Assembly (NCBI GenBank): GCA_035285865.1
Contig: JAYKHS010000012.1
Span: forward strand, 1-57,128
DNA: 57,128 nt
Direction: 5' to 3'
Source: Candidatus Sericytochromatia bacterium
GTDB taxonomy: Bacteria > Cyanobacteriota > Sericytochromatia > S15B-MN24 > VGJW01
The notes beneath the pieces were generated by a model, which saw only the letters and a program-made list of their open reading frames with translations, was not told where the DNA came from and did not search any database. The translations under genes were made by a program, and so were the position numbers. Shown piece by piece: positions 25,929 to 36,118 of this stretch (position 1 is its first letter; the number at the start of each line of letters is the position of its first letter).

Positions 25929-26900
25929 TCAGCGGCCCTTCACGCGGCGGATGGCCGGTCCGAGCAGGGTTGCCGCCCGGTGGAAAGCGGCGTCGGGCAC
26001 GCCTACGGCGCGTTTCGCCAGCACGTCTCGATCCAGCGGATTGGCGATCGTCTGTAGGCGGAGTGCCTCCGTCGTACCGACCCAAGGGGCGAGCGCGAGG
26101 GGCATCGGGGGCACGGGCAGGTCCGAGCCATGCAGGATGCGGTCCCGTACTCCGTCGAGTCGCTTGTCCGTGAGCCATCGGCCGCGCACCAGGCTGGTGA
26201 AGCCCGAACTGTCCCCGAAGGCGTGGTCATGACGCTCGAGGGTCCGCAGGAAGGCCTCGACCCGGTCGGCCCGCGGATGCATGAAGGAGCCTGTCGCACA
26301 ATGCGCGAAGACCACGGGAATGCCACGTTCGAGCAAGGGCGCCAGCAGGACGGGGTCGCCCAGTTCTTGTACGGCGTCGGGGAAGGTGTGCTCGGCGCCG
26401 GCGTGCGAGATGACGGTGAGCTCCAGTTCCGCCAGCAGGTCGATGAAGCGTGCATGCCTGTGCCTGTCGAGCCGGAAGCGCTGCATCGGCGCAAGCCACT
26501 TGAGGGCGACGGCATGGGGGCCCCACCGTTCCAGTTCCTCCACGGCGTCGGCCCGATCCGGATTGATGCTGATGACCGGCAGCAGGCCCGCATGTCCCCG
26601 GCAAGCTTCGATGACTTCCGCGTTCGGAATGACCATCGGGCTGTTGGCGAAGTCGAGCGTGCCGTCGGGATGGTAGGCGCCGTCAAGGGCAAAGAGCGCG
26701 ACTTGGTCGACATGCTCGGCCGAATCGAGCCAGCGCGTCAGGCGGGCGACCCAGGTGCCGGCATCGCGCACGCCATGCCGTGCCAGCATGCGATCGAGCA
26801 CGCGGAACTGCCAGGACCGGCGCATCCGTCTGGAGACGTGGCAGGGGCACCCGGCCCCGCCACGGTCGACCATGTGCACGTGCACGTCGATGCGGCTCAT
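25929..26900 (-). CDS. Amidohydrolase family protein
   Basis: IDVHVH, SINPDR, SHAGAE, AHCA, HGSDLP. Confidence 0.88.
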   Translation of the reverse strand: MSRIDVHVHMVDRGGAGCPCHVSRRMRRSWQFRVLDRMLARHGVRDAGTWVARLTRWLDSAEHVDQVALFALDGAYHPDGTLDFANSPMVIPNAEVIEACRGHAGLLPVISINPDRADAVEELERWGPHAVALKWLAPMQRFRLDRHRHARFIDLLAELELTVISHAGAEHTFPDAVQELGDPVLLAPLLERGIPVVFAHCATGSFMHPRADRVEAFLRTLERHDHAFGDSSGFTSLVRGRWLTDKRLDGVRDRILHGSDLPVPPMPLALAPWVGTTEALRLQTIANPLDRDVLAKRAVGVPDAAFHRAATLLGPAIRRVKGR

Positions 26901-26918
26901 ATGGGTTAGCATGGTGCC

Positions 26919-28295
26919 ATGGATGATGCGGCTGCACGCCTGCGCCCCGGCGATCGGGCCACGGTGCGCGTGGAGCGACTCGTGGCCGGTGGCGAGGGCC
27001 TCGCCAGGGTCGGCGGTCAGGTGGTCTTCGTGCCGGCGAGCGCGCCCGGGGACCTCCTCGAAGGCCATATCCTGACGACCCAGAAGCGTCACGCACGGAT
27101 GCTGGCGGATCGCATCGTCGAGGCGTCGCCGGATCGCGTCGAGCCTTCGTGTTCCGTGGTCGGACGATGCGGCGGCTGCACGTGGCAGCACTTGTCCCCG
27201 GGGGCACAGGCGCGTGCGCGTGAGGATCTGGTCCGCGATGCCTTGGAACGGATCGGCGGGCTGAGGGACCTGACGGTGCAGCCCATCCTCGGCATGACCG
27301 AACCGTGGGCTTATCGGGCCAAGGCCCATTGGGCGCTGGGTGTCGTCGACGGTCGTCTCCGCTTGGGCTGGTTCGCACCGCGCAGCCATGACCTGGTCGT
27401 GCCGGATGCCTGTCTGATCCAGCATCCCGTCCTCGAGACCGTCCGGCACGCGCTCGAGGAGGTGTTGGCCCCGCTCGCCGGAGTGCTGCGCGACGAGCGG
27501 ACCGGACGAGGGTGGCTGCGGTCGGCGTTCGCCCGGGTGGCTGCCGGGACGGGCGAGTTGCTGGTGGGGGTGGTGGGTGCCACGGCCGACTGCCCGGACG
27601 ACGCCGCGTGGGTGGAACGGCTGCGGGCAATCTTGCCCGGCGTGACGACCGTGGTCCTGAACGTGCATCCCGACGACGGCAACAAGTTGCTGGGTGCGCA
27701 GACGGCAGTCCTGGCCGGATCGGGCCGGATCCTGGAAAGCATTGAAGGGCTCTCCTTTTCGCTGGCGGCCACCAGCTTTTTTCAGGTCAATCCGCTGCAG
27801 ACCGCCGTGCTCTTCGAGGTCGTGCGGACGCTCGCCGGTTTGCAGGGCTCGGAGCGGGTCCTCGATGCCTATTGCGGTACCGGGGCGCTCGGTCTGGCGG
27901 TTTCAGGCCGCGCTGCGGACCTCGTCGGCATCGAGGTCGTGCCTTCTGCTGTCGCGGATGCCCGGGACAACGCCGCACGCAATGGCATCGGCCACGCACG
28001 TTTCCTGGAAGGGGCCGTGGAGCGTCTCCTGCCCGGCTTGCTGGAGGGTGGTTGGCGTCCGGATGTCGTGCTGCTGGATCCACCCCGCAAGGGCCTTGAA
28101 CCCTCAGTCATCGGTGTGCTCGCCGAGGCCCGACCGCGCCGTATCGTCTACGTCAGTTGTGAGCCCGCGACGCTCGCGCGTGATGTTGCCGCCTTCACCG
28201 CGGCGGGTTGGGCCGTGACGCACGTGCAGCCGCTCGACATGTTTCCGCAGACGGCCCATGTCGAGACGGTGGTGCGGCTGGACCGGATGGCGTAG
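26919..28295 (+). CDS. rlmD: 23S rRNA (uracil-C5)-methyltransferase RlmD
   Basis: TRAM N-terminus, C...CGGC Fe-S motif, SFFQVN, DAYCGTG, LDPPRKG, YVSC, DMFPQTAHVE. Confidence 0.95.
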   Translation: MDDAAARLRPGDRATVRVERLVAGGEGLARVGGQVVFVPASAPGDLLEGHILTTQKRHARMLADRIVEASPDRVEPSCSVVGRCGGCTWQHLSPGAQARAREDLVRDALERIGGLRDLTVQPILGMTEPWAYRAKAHWALGVVDGRLRLGWFAPRSHDLVVPDACLIQHPVLETVRHALEEVLAPLAGVLRDERTGRGWLRSAFARVAAGTGELLVGVVGATADCPDDAAWVERLRAILPGVTTVVLNVHPDDGNKLLGAQTAVLAGSGRILESIEGLSFSLAATSFFQVNPLQTAVLFEVVRTLAGLQGSERVLDAYCGTGALGLAVSGRAADLVGIEVVPSAVADARDNAARNGIGHARFLEGAVERLLPGLLEGGWRPDVVLLDPPRKGLEPSVIGVLAEARPRRIVYVSCEPATLARDVAAFTAAGWAVTHVQPLDMFPQTAHVETVVRLDRMA

Positions 28296-28324
28296 AGGCT
28301 GGCCAGGACCGACGCGTCCGTGGC

Positions 28325-29710
28325 TTAGTTACCGCCCGGACGGTTGCTCGCCTGAAGGTTGCCCAGCAGGAGCACCACGTCGCGCGTGCCGTCCGCTGTC
28401 GGCAGGATTGCCTGTGCCGGTGCTGCAGCCTGTCCCGTGGCGAGAGCGGGCGCGGGGCTGGTCGGTGCGCCATTCTTGTCCGGCTGGACCTTCGGGTCGG
28501 CTTCCTTCCTGTTTGCTTCCGCCTTGGCCCTCTCCTTGCGGCGCTTCTTGCCTCCGAAGATGCCGGAGAGCGCATCGCCGATGCCTTCACCGACGGCGGC
28601 GATGCCCTTGCCGATGCCCGAGACGACGCCGACCACGGCGCCACCGACCGCTTCGGCTGCCTGGCCGATGCCCTTGGCCACGCCCGTCACGCCGTCTACC
28701 ACGGCTCCGCCGACGACGGATACAACTGCCCCGACGTCCTCGGCAATCTCGGTGAAGCCTTCGCCTACGGACTTGAGGCCCTGGTCGACGCTGCGCTTTG
28801 CCCAGTTGTCCCAGTCCTTGAGCACGGGCATCTCGCGCCCCTCGGGCGCCTTGATGCCGAGGGCCTTGCCGATGGTGTTGAGCGCGAACATGGGCAGTTG
28901 CAGGATAGGGGCCACGGTCGTCTGGAGAATGCCGCGGGGAATCTTGCCGAGCCCCAGGGTCACCTCGGTGCCGACGCCGCCTCCCACGCCGGCAGCGCCA
29001 CCGGCGCCGAAGCCGACCGACAGGTCGCCATCCCGGAATTTCAGGTGTGCCGCCGCGGCACCCGCAGCGCCTGCGATGCCCTGCGCCAGCCCGCGTACCT
29101 GCACGCGGATCAGGCCCAGCAGGGATACGGCGAGCCCGGCTCGGCCCGTGCCCTGCGCGCCTGCCATGCCTTCGGCCGCCCCGCCGAATTCGAAGCCCGG
29201 CAGACCCAGGCTGTCGATGCCCAGCAAGGCGACGCCCGCGGCTCGCGCGCGTGCCCCTGCCTCACCGACCGCATGGACGAAACCGTCGATCGAGAGGAGA
29301 CTGCGGCCGACCTTGGCCTTGCCCTGCGCGCCGCCTTCCACTCGGGCCGTGGCCTGGACTTCGGCTGCACCTGCCGCGACGGCAAGGCCGGGCACGGCAG
29401 CGAGACCGCCAATCAGCCGAACGCCTGCCTCCACGGCTGCATTGGCCCAAGCTTGACCTTCCGCCTCGACCAGCGAGCCCTCGCGTCGTCCGGTCGCCAG
29501 CGCGGAGATGCCGTCATGCCGCCACGCCTCGACGTGGCCGGCAGCCAGGACCACGCCAGGCACGGGCTGTTGCACGGTGCCTTCCGCCTTGCGCCCGGAT
29601 GCGTGGGTGGTTCGCAGTCTTGCCGTTCCCTCGGTGCGCGGGCGCCGGACGGCGTCACGCAGTTGGGCCAGCACGGACGGACCGGCTGCCGGGCGGGGGG
29701 CTGCTTCCAT
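28325..29710 (-). CDS. Hypothetical Gly/Ala/Val-rich protein
   Basis: Long ORF filling the gap between rlmD and the Omp85 gene; amphipathic GV/GIG repeats near the C-terminus. Confidence 0.7.
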   Translation of the reverse strand: MEAAPRPAAGPSVLAQLRDAVRRPRTEGTARLRTTHASGRKAEGTVQQPVPGVVLAAGHVEAWRHDGISALATGRREGSLVEAEGQAWANAAVEAGVRLIGGLAAVPGLAVAAGAAEVQATARVEGGAQGKAKVGRSLLSIDGFVHAVGEAGARARAAGVALLGIDSLGLPGFEFGGAAEGMAGAQGTGRAGLAVSLLGLIRVQVRGLAQGIAGAAGAAAAHLKFRDGDLSVGFGAGGAAGVGGGVGTEVTLGLGKIPRGILQTTVAPILQLPMFALNTIGKALGIKAPEGREMPVLKDWDNWAKRSVDQGLKSVGEGFTEIAEDVGAVVSVVGGAVVDGVTGVAKGIGQAAEAVGGAVVGVVSGIGKGIAAVGEGIGDALSGIFGGKKRRKERAKAEANRKEADPKVQPDKNGAPTSPAPALATGQAAAPAQAILPTADGTRDVVLLLGNLQASNRPGGN

Positions 29711-29818
29711 GCGTCTGTTGTCCCTGACTGCGATTCACTCCCGATAAAGGGAACCTCAAGAATCCATCAAGATTGGCCGAACGCACCGAGGACCTCGAAA
29801 GGTGTAGCATGAGCACCC

Positions 29819-32800
29819 ATGGAAGGAAGCGCCTTGTCCCAGCGCCCGAGGTCCCGCGTCCGTCTGCTGGCGGCTGTTCTTTCCCTTGTCGGTGCGGCGT
29901 GGCTGCCCTCGCCTGCCCTGGCTGCCGACTTCGTCCCGGAGGGCGGCGACTGGCGGACGCTGACGACCCGCCATTTCTGGGTCCACTACCCGAGGGAACT
30001 CCGCGAGGTGGCCCTGAAGGCCGCCCAGTATGCGGAGGAGAGCCACGCCGTCCTCGGACCGCTCTTTCATCGGGAGGAGGATCGGACCCATGTCACCATC
30101 CTCGACACCGAGGACACGACCAACGGTTTTGCGACACCTTACCCGGACTCGTCGCTGACCTTCTGGGTCACGCCCCCCAGTCCCGAGGAGGACTGGTACG
30201 TCGGGCGCTACGACAACTGGCTCAAGATGGTCATCGCCCACGAGTACACGCACGTCCTGCACCTGCGATCGGCGACCGGGCCAGGGCAGATCAACGGTTG
30301 GATCAACGCGTCGATCCTGCGTTTCCTCGTGCCGGAGTTCGCCGTCCTGCTGCAGTTGGACTTCTTGCCCAACTTCCTGAAGGAAGGCCTGGCCGTCTTT
30401 CAGGAGAGTGCGCTCACCGGCGGAGGCCGGGCGCTCGAGGGGCAGTTCGACATGGTGCTGCGACGCCAGTTCCTCGAGGGAGCGCCCTTCAGCATCGACA
30501 AGGCTTCAGGCAACTACGCCCTCGAGTGGGCACCCGGCGGTGCCTTGTACTCGTACGGCACGATCTTCCACAAGTATCTCGCGGCGCGGGGGGGCATCGA
30601 CCAGGCCATCCGCATCAGCGATCGGTTGGGCGAGTTTCCTTGGGGTGGCATCAACCTAGCGTCCGTGCGGGCGACGGGCAAGCCGATGTATGCCCTGTGG
30701 GACGAGGCCGTCGCCTTCTTCCGAAGTCGGTACGAAGCTCAGGTGAAGGCCATCCGCAGTCGTCCCTTGACGACGAGCAGGCCTCTGACGACCACCGGGC
30801 GCAACCATCGCCATCCGCACTGGCTGGATGCGCGTACCCTCCTCTACACCCAGTCCCCGCTGGGCGACGAGGTCGGCGTGGTCCGGCAGGACCTGCAGAC
30901 GGGCCAGACGCGCTTCCTGCTCGCGAAGTCCTCCCGCAAGGACTTCCGGATCGTGCCCGGGGGCAAGAAGCTGGTTTTCTACGGCACGGGCGAGAACACC
31001 CGCCTCACCAACTACATGGACGCCTTCGTCCATGACATGGACGGTGGGGATACGCGACCACTGACCCGCGGCCTGCGCGCCTCCTGTCCTGCCCCGCATC
31101 CCGATGGCCGCACGCTGGTGGTGCTCAATGGGGGCGGACGCAACGACCTGGCCATGCTGGACGCCACCGGCAACCTGCAATGGCGTATCGAGGGGCCGAT
31201 GCTCGGCAGCTTCGCCAGTCCGGTCTGGCACCCGGATGGCAAGCGGGCCGTGGTGGTCCAGTGGCAGGAGGGACGCACCAATCTGGTCTGGCTGGATGCC
31301 GCGACACGCAAACTCACGCCTGTGGTGCCGGATGATGCTGTCCAGATTGCGCCGTGTGTCTCCCCGGACGGCCGCTGGATCGTCTATGCCAGCGATCGCA
31401 CCGGCGTGATGAATCTGCATGCGCTGCGCCTTGCGGACGGAGCGCGCTTCCAGGTCACGAACGTGCTTGGCGGTGCGTTCGACCCTGAAATCTCCCCGGA
31501 CGGCAAGCAACTGGCCTTCGTGGACTACGGGCCAACCGGGTACGACATCCACCTCATGCCGTTCGATCCGGCAACCTTCCTGCCGGAGGCCAAGGGCCGT
31601 GGCGAGGGAGTCTTCCGCAACCTCGAGGGCGATCCCGTGGTGACACGACCCGTTCGACCGGCCAGTGCCGGTGCGACGGGCGATGCCGAAATCGTGCTTT
31701 CCGACCATGCCTACAATCCGCTGCAGTCCTTGCAGCCGCGGCTGGTGTGGCCCTTTGCCTTCTTCGACCACACCACGACGCTCCTGCGGGATCTGCGCCT
31801 GCCGGGCGGTGACCTCGGTGGATTCGGACACTACATGGCCCTGCGCGGCTATGGCGAGGACGCCCTGCGTCGGCACTTCTGGTTTGCCAGCCTTGGTCTG
31901 ACCACTTCGCTGCAGCCCGGCACGCCCGTGACGCCGTTCATCCAGGCGGCCTACCAGACGGATGTCTGGGATCCGACGCTGGCCGTCTCGTACACGCAGG
32001 TTTCCGAACCCTCGCTCATCGTCAACGGGGCGCGGGTCCGCGAGCCTGTGCTCGCGGTCGACGACCAGGGCAGGGTGCTCGCGCAGTACCTGCCCGGCGA
32101 TGCCGTGACCCCCGCCCTGTTTCAGGCGCGCGTCACGCAGAGCCTCGTCGGCAGCGTCCAGTTGCAGCCACCTCCCAACTTCCTCATCAGCCCTTGGCAG
32201 GATGGCGTGACCACCAAACTCGGTCTCGAGTGGAAGCGCATCGGCAGCAGCGTGCTGCTGGCGTCCCAGAGCATCTCCGACGCGCTCCTGATCGAGGGTC
32301 GCGCCACCTCGGTGACGGGACAGACGTTCCCTGTCCTCGTCCCGCAGCAGGTTCCGCCTTCCGACTTCTATGTGGCCCGGGCCAACCTGCTGGGCAACTC
32401 GGCCTTCAGGCCGAACCGACCCATCAGCCTGACGGACGGTGCGCTCTGGAACATCGGCATCGAACGCACCTTGCCGCAACTCACGGTGGCCGGGAACACC
32501 TTCGGCAGCATGCTGGGCTACACCCGGGCCTTTGCGGACTGGCGGCGTTATCTGAGCCTTCCAGGACGCCAGGTCCTCGCCTTCCGCGGTTTCGCCGGGA
32601 CGATTTTCGACGACCGTGAGGCCGTACCTTACGCCCAGAACAACTTCGGCTGGTATGCTGCCGACCTCTCCTCTTCGGTGGTCCAGAACGACGGAACCGG
32701 ACAGGTGCTCATGGGGCGTGCCACCAGCACGGCGCTCTTCGACCTTCAGGATCTGCGCGTCCTGCAGGATTCTCCCGACCGCAAGTTGCCTCTGCGGGGT

Positions 32801-33127
32801 TATGCCGTCGGGCCGAACACTCCTGTGGGTCGTCACGTGGCCTTCGGCTCGCTGGAGTGGCGATTGCCCCTCGGAGAAGTCATGGCCGGGCCGGGTACCG
32901 TTCCGGTGTTTCTAGAGCGGCTATCGCTCGCACCCTTCGTCGACTATGCTCGGGTCTGGACGCTGTTCGCCGAGTCCCAGGACATGTGGGGTGTGGGAGC
33001 CGAGCTGAGGACGCATGTCACGCTGGCGCAGGGTATCCCCTCCCAGTTCCGGGTGGGTTTCGGGCGTGGGCTTCATCCGGTGTTGGGGGGGCAGCAGTTG
33101 ATCTTCGGGGTCGGAGCCAATTTCTGA
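29819..33127 (+). CDS. Exported protein: HExxH metallopeptidase-like domain, TolB/PD40 propeller and Omp85-like beta-barrel
   Basis: Signal peptide, NGFATP...HEYTHVLH...EGLA, SPDG repeats, LRGY motif, EWRLP, GAELR and terminal F. Confidence 0.85.
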   Translation: MEGSALSQRPRSRVRLLAAVLSLVGAAWLPSPALAADFVPEGGDWRTLTTRHFWVHYPRELREVALKAAQYAEESHAVLGPLFHREEDRTHVTILDTEDTTNGFATPYPDSSLTFWVTPPSPEEDWYVGRYDNWLKMVIAHEYTHVLHLRSATGPGQINGWINASILRFLVPEFAVLLQLDFLPNFLKEGLAVFQESALTGGGRALEGQFDMVLRRQFLEGAPFSIDKASGNYALEWAPGGALYSYGTIFHKYLAARGGIDQAIRISDRLGEFPWGGINLASVRATGKPMYALWDEAVAFFRSRYEAQVKAIRSRPLTTSRPLTTTGRNHRHPHWLDARTLLYTQSPLGDEVGVVRQDLQTGQTRFLLAKSSRKDFRIVPGGKKLVFYGTGENTRLTNYMDAFVHDMDGGDTRPLTRGLRASCPAPHPDGRTLVVLNGGGRNDLAMLDATGNLQWRIEGPMLGSFASPVWHPDGKRAVVVQWQEGRTNLVWLDAATRKLTPVVPDDAVQIAPCVSPDGRWIVYASDRTGVMNLHALRLADGARFQVTNVLGGAFDPEISPDGKQLAFVDYGPTGYDIHLMPFDPATFLPEAKGRGEGVFRNLEGDPVVTRPVRPASAGATGDAEIVLSDHAYNPLQSLQPRLVWPFAFFDHTTTLLRDLRLPGGDLGGFGHYMALRGYGEDALRRHFWFASLGLTTSLQPGTPVTPFIQAAYQTDVWDPTLAVSYTQVSEPSLIVNGARVREPVLAVDDQGRVLAQYLPGDAVTPALFQARVTQSLVGSVQLQPPPNFLISPWQDGVTTKLGLEWKRIGSSVLLASQSISDALLIEGRATSVTGQTFPVLVPQQVPPSDFYVARANLLGNSAFRPNRPISLTDGALWNIGIERTLPQLTVAGNTFGSMLGYTRAFADWRRYLSLPGRQVLAFRGFAGTIFDDREAVPYAQNNFGWYAADLSSSVVQNDGTGQVLMGRATSTALFDLQDLRVLQDSPDRKLPLRGYAVGPNTPVGRHVAFGSLEWRLPLGEVMAGPGTVPVFLERLSLAPFVDYARVWTLFAESQDMWGVGAELRTHVTLAQGIPSQFRVGFGRGLHPVLGGQQLIFGVGANF

Positions 33128-33131
33128 CGTT

Positions 33132-33156
33132 GTGTAACGTCCCCCGGCAAGGGTAC
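33132..33156 (+). promoter_or_regulatory. SigB/SigF-type promoter candidate
   Basis: GTGTAA-N13-GGGTAC upstream of the STAS gene; overlaps the palindrome GACGTT-GTGT-AACGTC (33126-33141). Confidence 0.45.
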
Positions 33157-33193
33157 GTTTCCCAAGGCAGTCGTTCATCAAGGAGCACCGTTC

Positions 33194-33538
33194 GTGGCCA
33201 TCACCATTCGCCAGGAGTCCTACGAGACCTTCAATGTCCTCGCCGTGTCCGGGCGCGTCGATCCGGCCGATGTCAACACACTGGAAGGCCGCATCCGCGA
33301 TGCGTTCTCCGGCAATCAGGCCTCGCTGGTCTTCGACTTCAGCGGTCTTGAGTTCATCATCAGCTCCGGGATGGGGCTGTTGCTCGTCGCCCGTAACCTT
33401 GCGGACGAGAAGGGTGGCAAGGTGGTGGCTGCCGGTGTCCGCGAGGATGTCTACCGCGTCTTCGACCTGCTGGACTTCCCTTCCTTCTTCACCTTCTACG
33501 ACACCAAGGACAAGGCGATCGAAGACTTGCTCCGCTAG
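33194..33538 (+). CDS. STAS-domain anti-sigma-factor antagonist (RsbV/SpoIIAA-like)
   Basis: VSGRVD, DFSGLEFIISSGMG with the phosphorylatable Ser; AAGGAG SD. Confidence 0.9.
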   Translation: MAITIRQESYETFNVLAVSGRVDPADVNTLEGRIRDAFSGNQASLVFDFSGLEFIISSGMGLLLVARNLADEKGGKVVAAGVREDVYRVFDLLDFPSFFTFYDTKDKAIEDLLR

Positions 33539-33548
33539 AGCCTGAAGC

Positions 33549-36077
33549 GTGCGCGCGACAACTGCCCAAGCCCTTTCGCTGACCTGCCTGGTGCTGGTCT
33601 GCCTCATTGCTGCGGTGCTCGACATCAGCGTCATCGTCCGGCAGATGGGCTGGTTGGATTCCCGGGGCCATGCCGGCTTCGAAATCACGGAGACCATGGG
33701 CTTGCGCCATTCGGTGCAGACCGACCTCTTGAAGGGGGTACCCAGGGACAAGCAGTTCCTGACGAAGGTCGACGGGGTGGAGGTGAAGCGTCCCTGGGAC
33801 GCTCAGTTGCTGCTTGACGAGGCTGCACCGGGCAGCGAGCACCAGCTGGTGCTCGGGGATGATCCCGAAAGGCCTTACTCCTTGATGGTCACGGTCCGGA
33901 AGTGGACCATGGGGGACGTCGCCAAGGGAGTCCTGCCCTTGCTGGGGCTGTCCGTGTTGTGTGTCGGGGCTGCCGTCGTGACGTACCGACTGGCCCGCAC
34001 CATCGAGGCCGGCGTGGCTTTGCAGATGTTGCTCCTGGGCCTGATGGCCGTGCTGGGCTTGCCGCGTCTCGGCCTGACGGAGGGCAGCAGTCCGGCCACG
34101 TTCTTGCTGGCCTCGGTGCCCTGGGTGGCTGCGGCACTCGGACACCTCGTCCTGGTCTACCCGGCTCCGCCTCGTGTCCTGAAGGACCTCCCGATCGCCC
34201 GTGTCGTGCCCTATCTGGCGGCATTGGTCGTCTCGCTCCTCGCGCTCGGGATGCTGGGCAGTGCCCGCGAGGGCAAGGCCACGGATCTCGTCTGGACCCT
34301 GTCCGTGGTCGGTGTGCTGGTCTGGGGGCCCGTTGTCGCGGGGATGGTCTGGATGGGGCGGTACCTGTACCAGACCTCGCTGGAGTCCAGCCTGCCGGGT
34401 GCGCGCGGTCAGGCGCGCCAGATGCTTCAGGCTCTGGTTTCGGCTGCCCTGCCGCTCGCCACGTTCGGCCTGCTCTCGGTGTTCAGCGAGGCCGGCGGAA
34501 TAGACCTGGGCATGAGTCTGTCCCTTCCCCTGCTGGCCGTCTTCCCGCTGGCCACCGGTGCCGTCATCGCCCGTGTACGCCCCGCGTGGTTGCAGGAGCG
34601 CCTGGAGACGGCCACGGTCATCGTGGCGACGGGAGTGGCCCTGCTGTTGGTCTACGCGCCGGTCGCCGGAGTCGCAGGCTGGCTGGGGCGAGCCCTCGGG
34701 CCGGAACTCGGCTATGACTCCGTCACGGCCCACCTGACAGCCACCCTGCTCGTGGTGCCGGCATGCCCCTGGCTGTTGCAGAAGATGCGCGAGTTGATGG
34801 ACGTTGTGTTCGAGCGCAGGCGTGCCGACACGGCACTCATCACCGACGAGTTCACGATCTCGATACGGAATCTGACCAAGCATGAGCCGCTCTATCAAGC
34901 TCTGCTGGCCCAGTGCGAGAAGGCTTTCCAACCCCGTTACCTGATGGCCTTCACGCGGGAGCCGGGAGATGCTGCCTTGATGCCGCGCCGGGTGCTTGGC
35001 GTCTCCAGTGATCGGGTCAAGCCCTTGCGCCCGGATGAGCCCGGCTTGCCGCGGTACGTCGGCGCCTATTCGCCCAGGGGCATCGAGGCGGGTCGGGGAG
35101 GAGACACCAAGCAGAAGGGTCTCTCGCTGGTCATCCGGCCGGAGCAGGGCAAACCGCCCATTGCCGTCGTCGTGGTCGGGCCGCGGCGGTCCGGTGAACC
35201 GTGGCTGCCCGATGACATCGAATTGCTGGCTCGTCTGGGAGATCAGCTGCAGATCGGCCTGGACCGGATCGGCCTGATCGGCCAAGTGGCAGATCAGGAA
35301 AAGCTGCGGCACGAGATGGAAATTGCCCGGCAGGTCCAGCTGGGCCTGCTGCCCAAGAAGATGCCGGTCGTGGCGGGCGCCGAGGTATTCGGGAGCTCGA
35401 CGCCGGCCCTCGAGGTCGGAGGCGATCTGTACGACGTCGTCGCTTTCGACGACGGTCGGCTTGGCATGCTGATCGGCGACGTCTCGGGCAAGGGGATGCC
35501 TGCGGCGCTTCTGATGACCACGGCTTTGTCGTGCTTCAGGACCTCGGTCAAGTTACATGATTCACCGGCCGAGATGCTGACGCGCATGAACGAAATCATC
35601 TGCGCGAACAAGCCTGCCGAGGGCATGTTCGTGGCCGTATGCTATGCCATCTGGGAGCCTTCCGGGCGCATGCTGCTTGCCAATGGCGGCATGCCGCGCC
35701 CTCTCCAGAACGGGGAGGAAATCGTCGCCAAGGGTCCACCCCTTGGCATGATGAATGGCTACAAGTATCGGGAGCTTGAGGTTTCTCTGAAGGTGGGAGA
35801 TACCTTGCTTTTCTACTCCGATGGTCTCGAGGACATCCACAGTCCCCAGGGAGCGACCTATGGTGTGGACCGTATCTTCGCCAATGCCCGAGGCGCGCGG
35901 GAGGGTGCGGCCGCCTTGCTGCACCAGTTCACGGAAGAGATCACCAACTTCCGTCAAGAGCGCGCGCCCTTCGATGACGTCACGATGGTCACGATGAGAA
36001 TGCTGGCCAAACCGCTCGCGGCTCCCGTGATGCCGCAGGCGGCAACACCCGCAGGCGCTGCGCCCGCCGGCGGTTAG
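33549..36077 (+). CDS. Membrane-bound PP2C/SpoIIE (RsbU-like) phosphatase with GAF-like region
   Basis: Multiple TM segments; ARQVQLGLLP, EVGGDLYD, GDVSGKG, YSDGL, DDVT. Confidence 0.9.
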   Translation: MRATTAQALSLTCLVLVCLIAAVLDISVIVRQMGWLDSRGHAGFEITETMGLRHSVQTDLLKGVPRDKQFLTKVDGVEVKRPWDAQLLLDEAAPGSEHQLVLGDDPERPYSLMVTVRKWTMGDVAKGVLPLLGLSVLCVGAAVVTYRLARTIEAGVALQMLLLGLMAVLGLPRLGLTEGSSPATFLLASVPWVAAALGHLVLVYPAPPRVLKDLPIARVVPYLAALVVSLLALGMLGSAREGKATDLVWTLSVVGVLVWGPVVAGMVWMGRYLYQTSLESSLPGARGQARQMLQALVSAALPLATFGLLSVFSEAGGIDLGMSLSLPLLAVFPLATGAVIARVRPAWLQERLETATVIVATGVALLLVYAPVAGVAGWLGRALGPELGYDSVTAHLTATLLVVPACPWLLQKMRELMDVVFERRRADTALITDEFTISIRNLTKHEPLYQALLAQCEKAFQPRYLMAFTREPGDAALMPRRVLGVSSDRVKPLRPDEPGLPRYVGAYSPRGIEAGRGGDTKQKGLSLVIRPEQGKPPIAVVVVGPRRSGEPWLPDDIELLARLGDQLQIGLDRIGLIGQVADQEKLRHEMEIARQVQLGLLPKKMPVVAGAEVFGSSTPALEVGGDLYDVVAFDDGRLGMLIGDVSGKGMPAALLMTTALSCFRTSVKLHDSPAEMLTRMNEIICANKPAEGMFVAVCYAIWEPSGRMLLANGGMPRPLQNGEEIVAKGPPLGMMNGYKYRELEVSLKVGDTLLFYSDGLEDIHSPQGATYGVDRIFANARGAREGAAALLHQFTEEITNFRQERAPFDDVTMVTMRMLAKPLAAPVMPQAATPAGAAPAGG

Positions 36078-36118
36078 TTTCACGAGGGACGGAGGGGATT
36101 CCCGGGTACAGGTACGCC

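Noticed and set aside
29756..29783. Sigma28-like TCAAG-N15-GCCGAACG upstream of the Omp85 gene
   Set aside because: The -10 element deviates from GCCGATAA, and a TAGCAT closer to the start explains expression equally well.
30656..32836. 726-aa minus-strand ORF, and similar long opposite-strand ORFs over ettA, tldD, icmF and the PP2C gene
   Set aside because: Antisense shadows of genes with clear family motifs.
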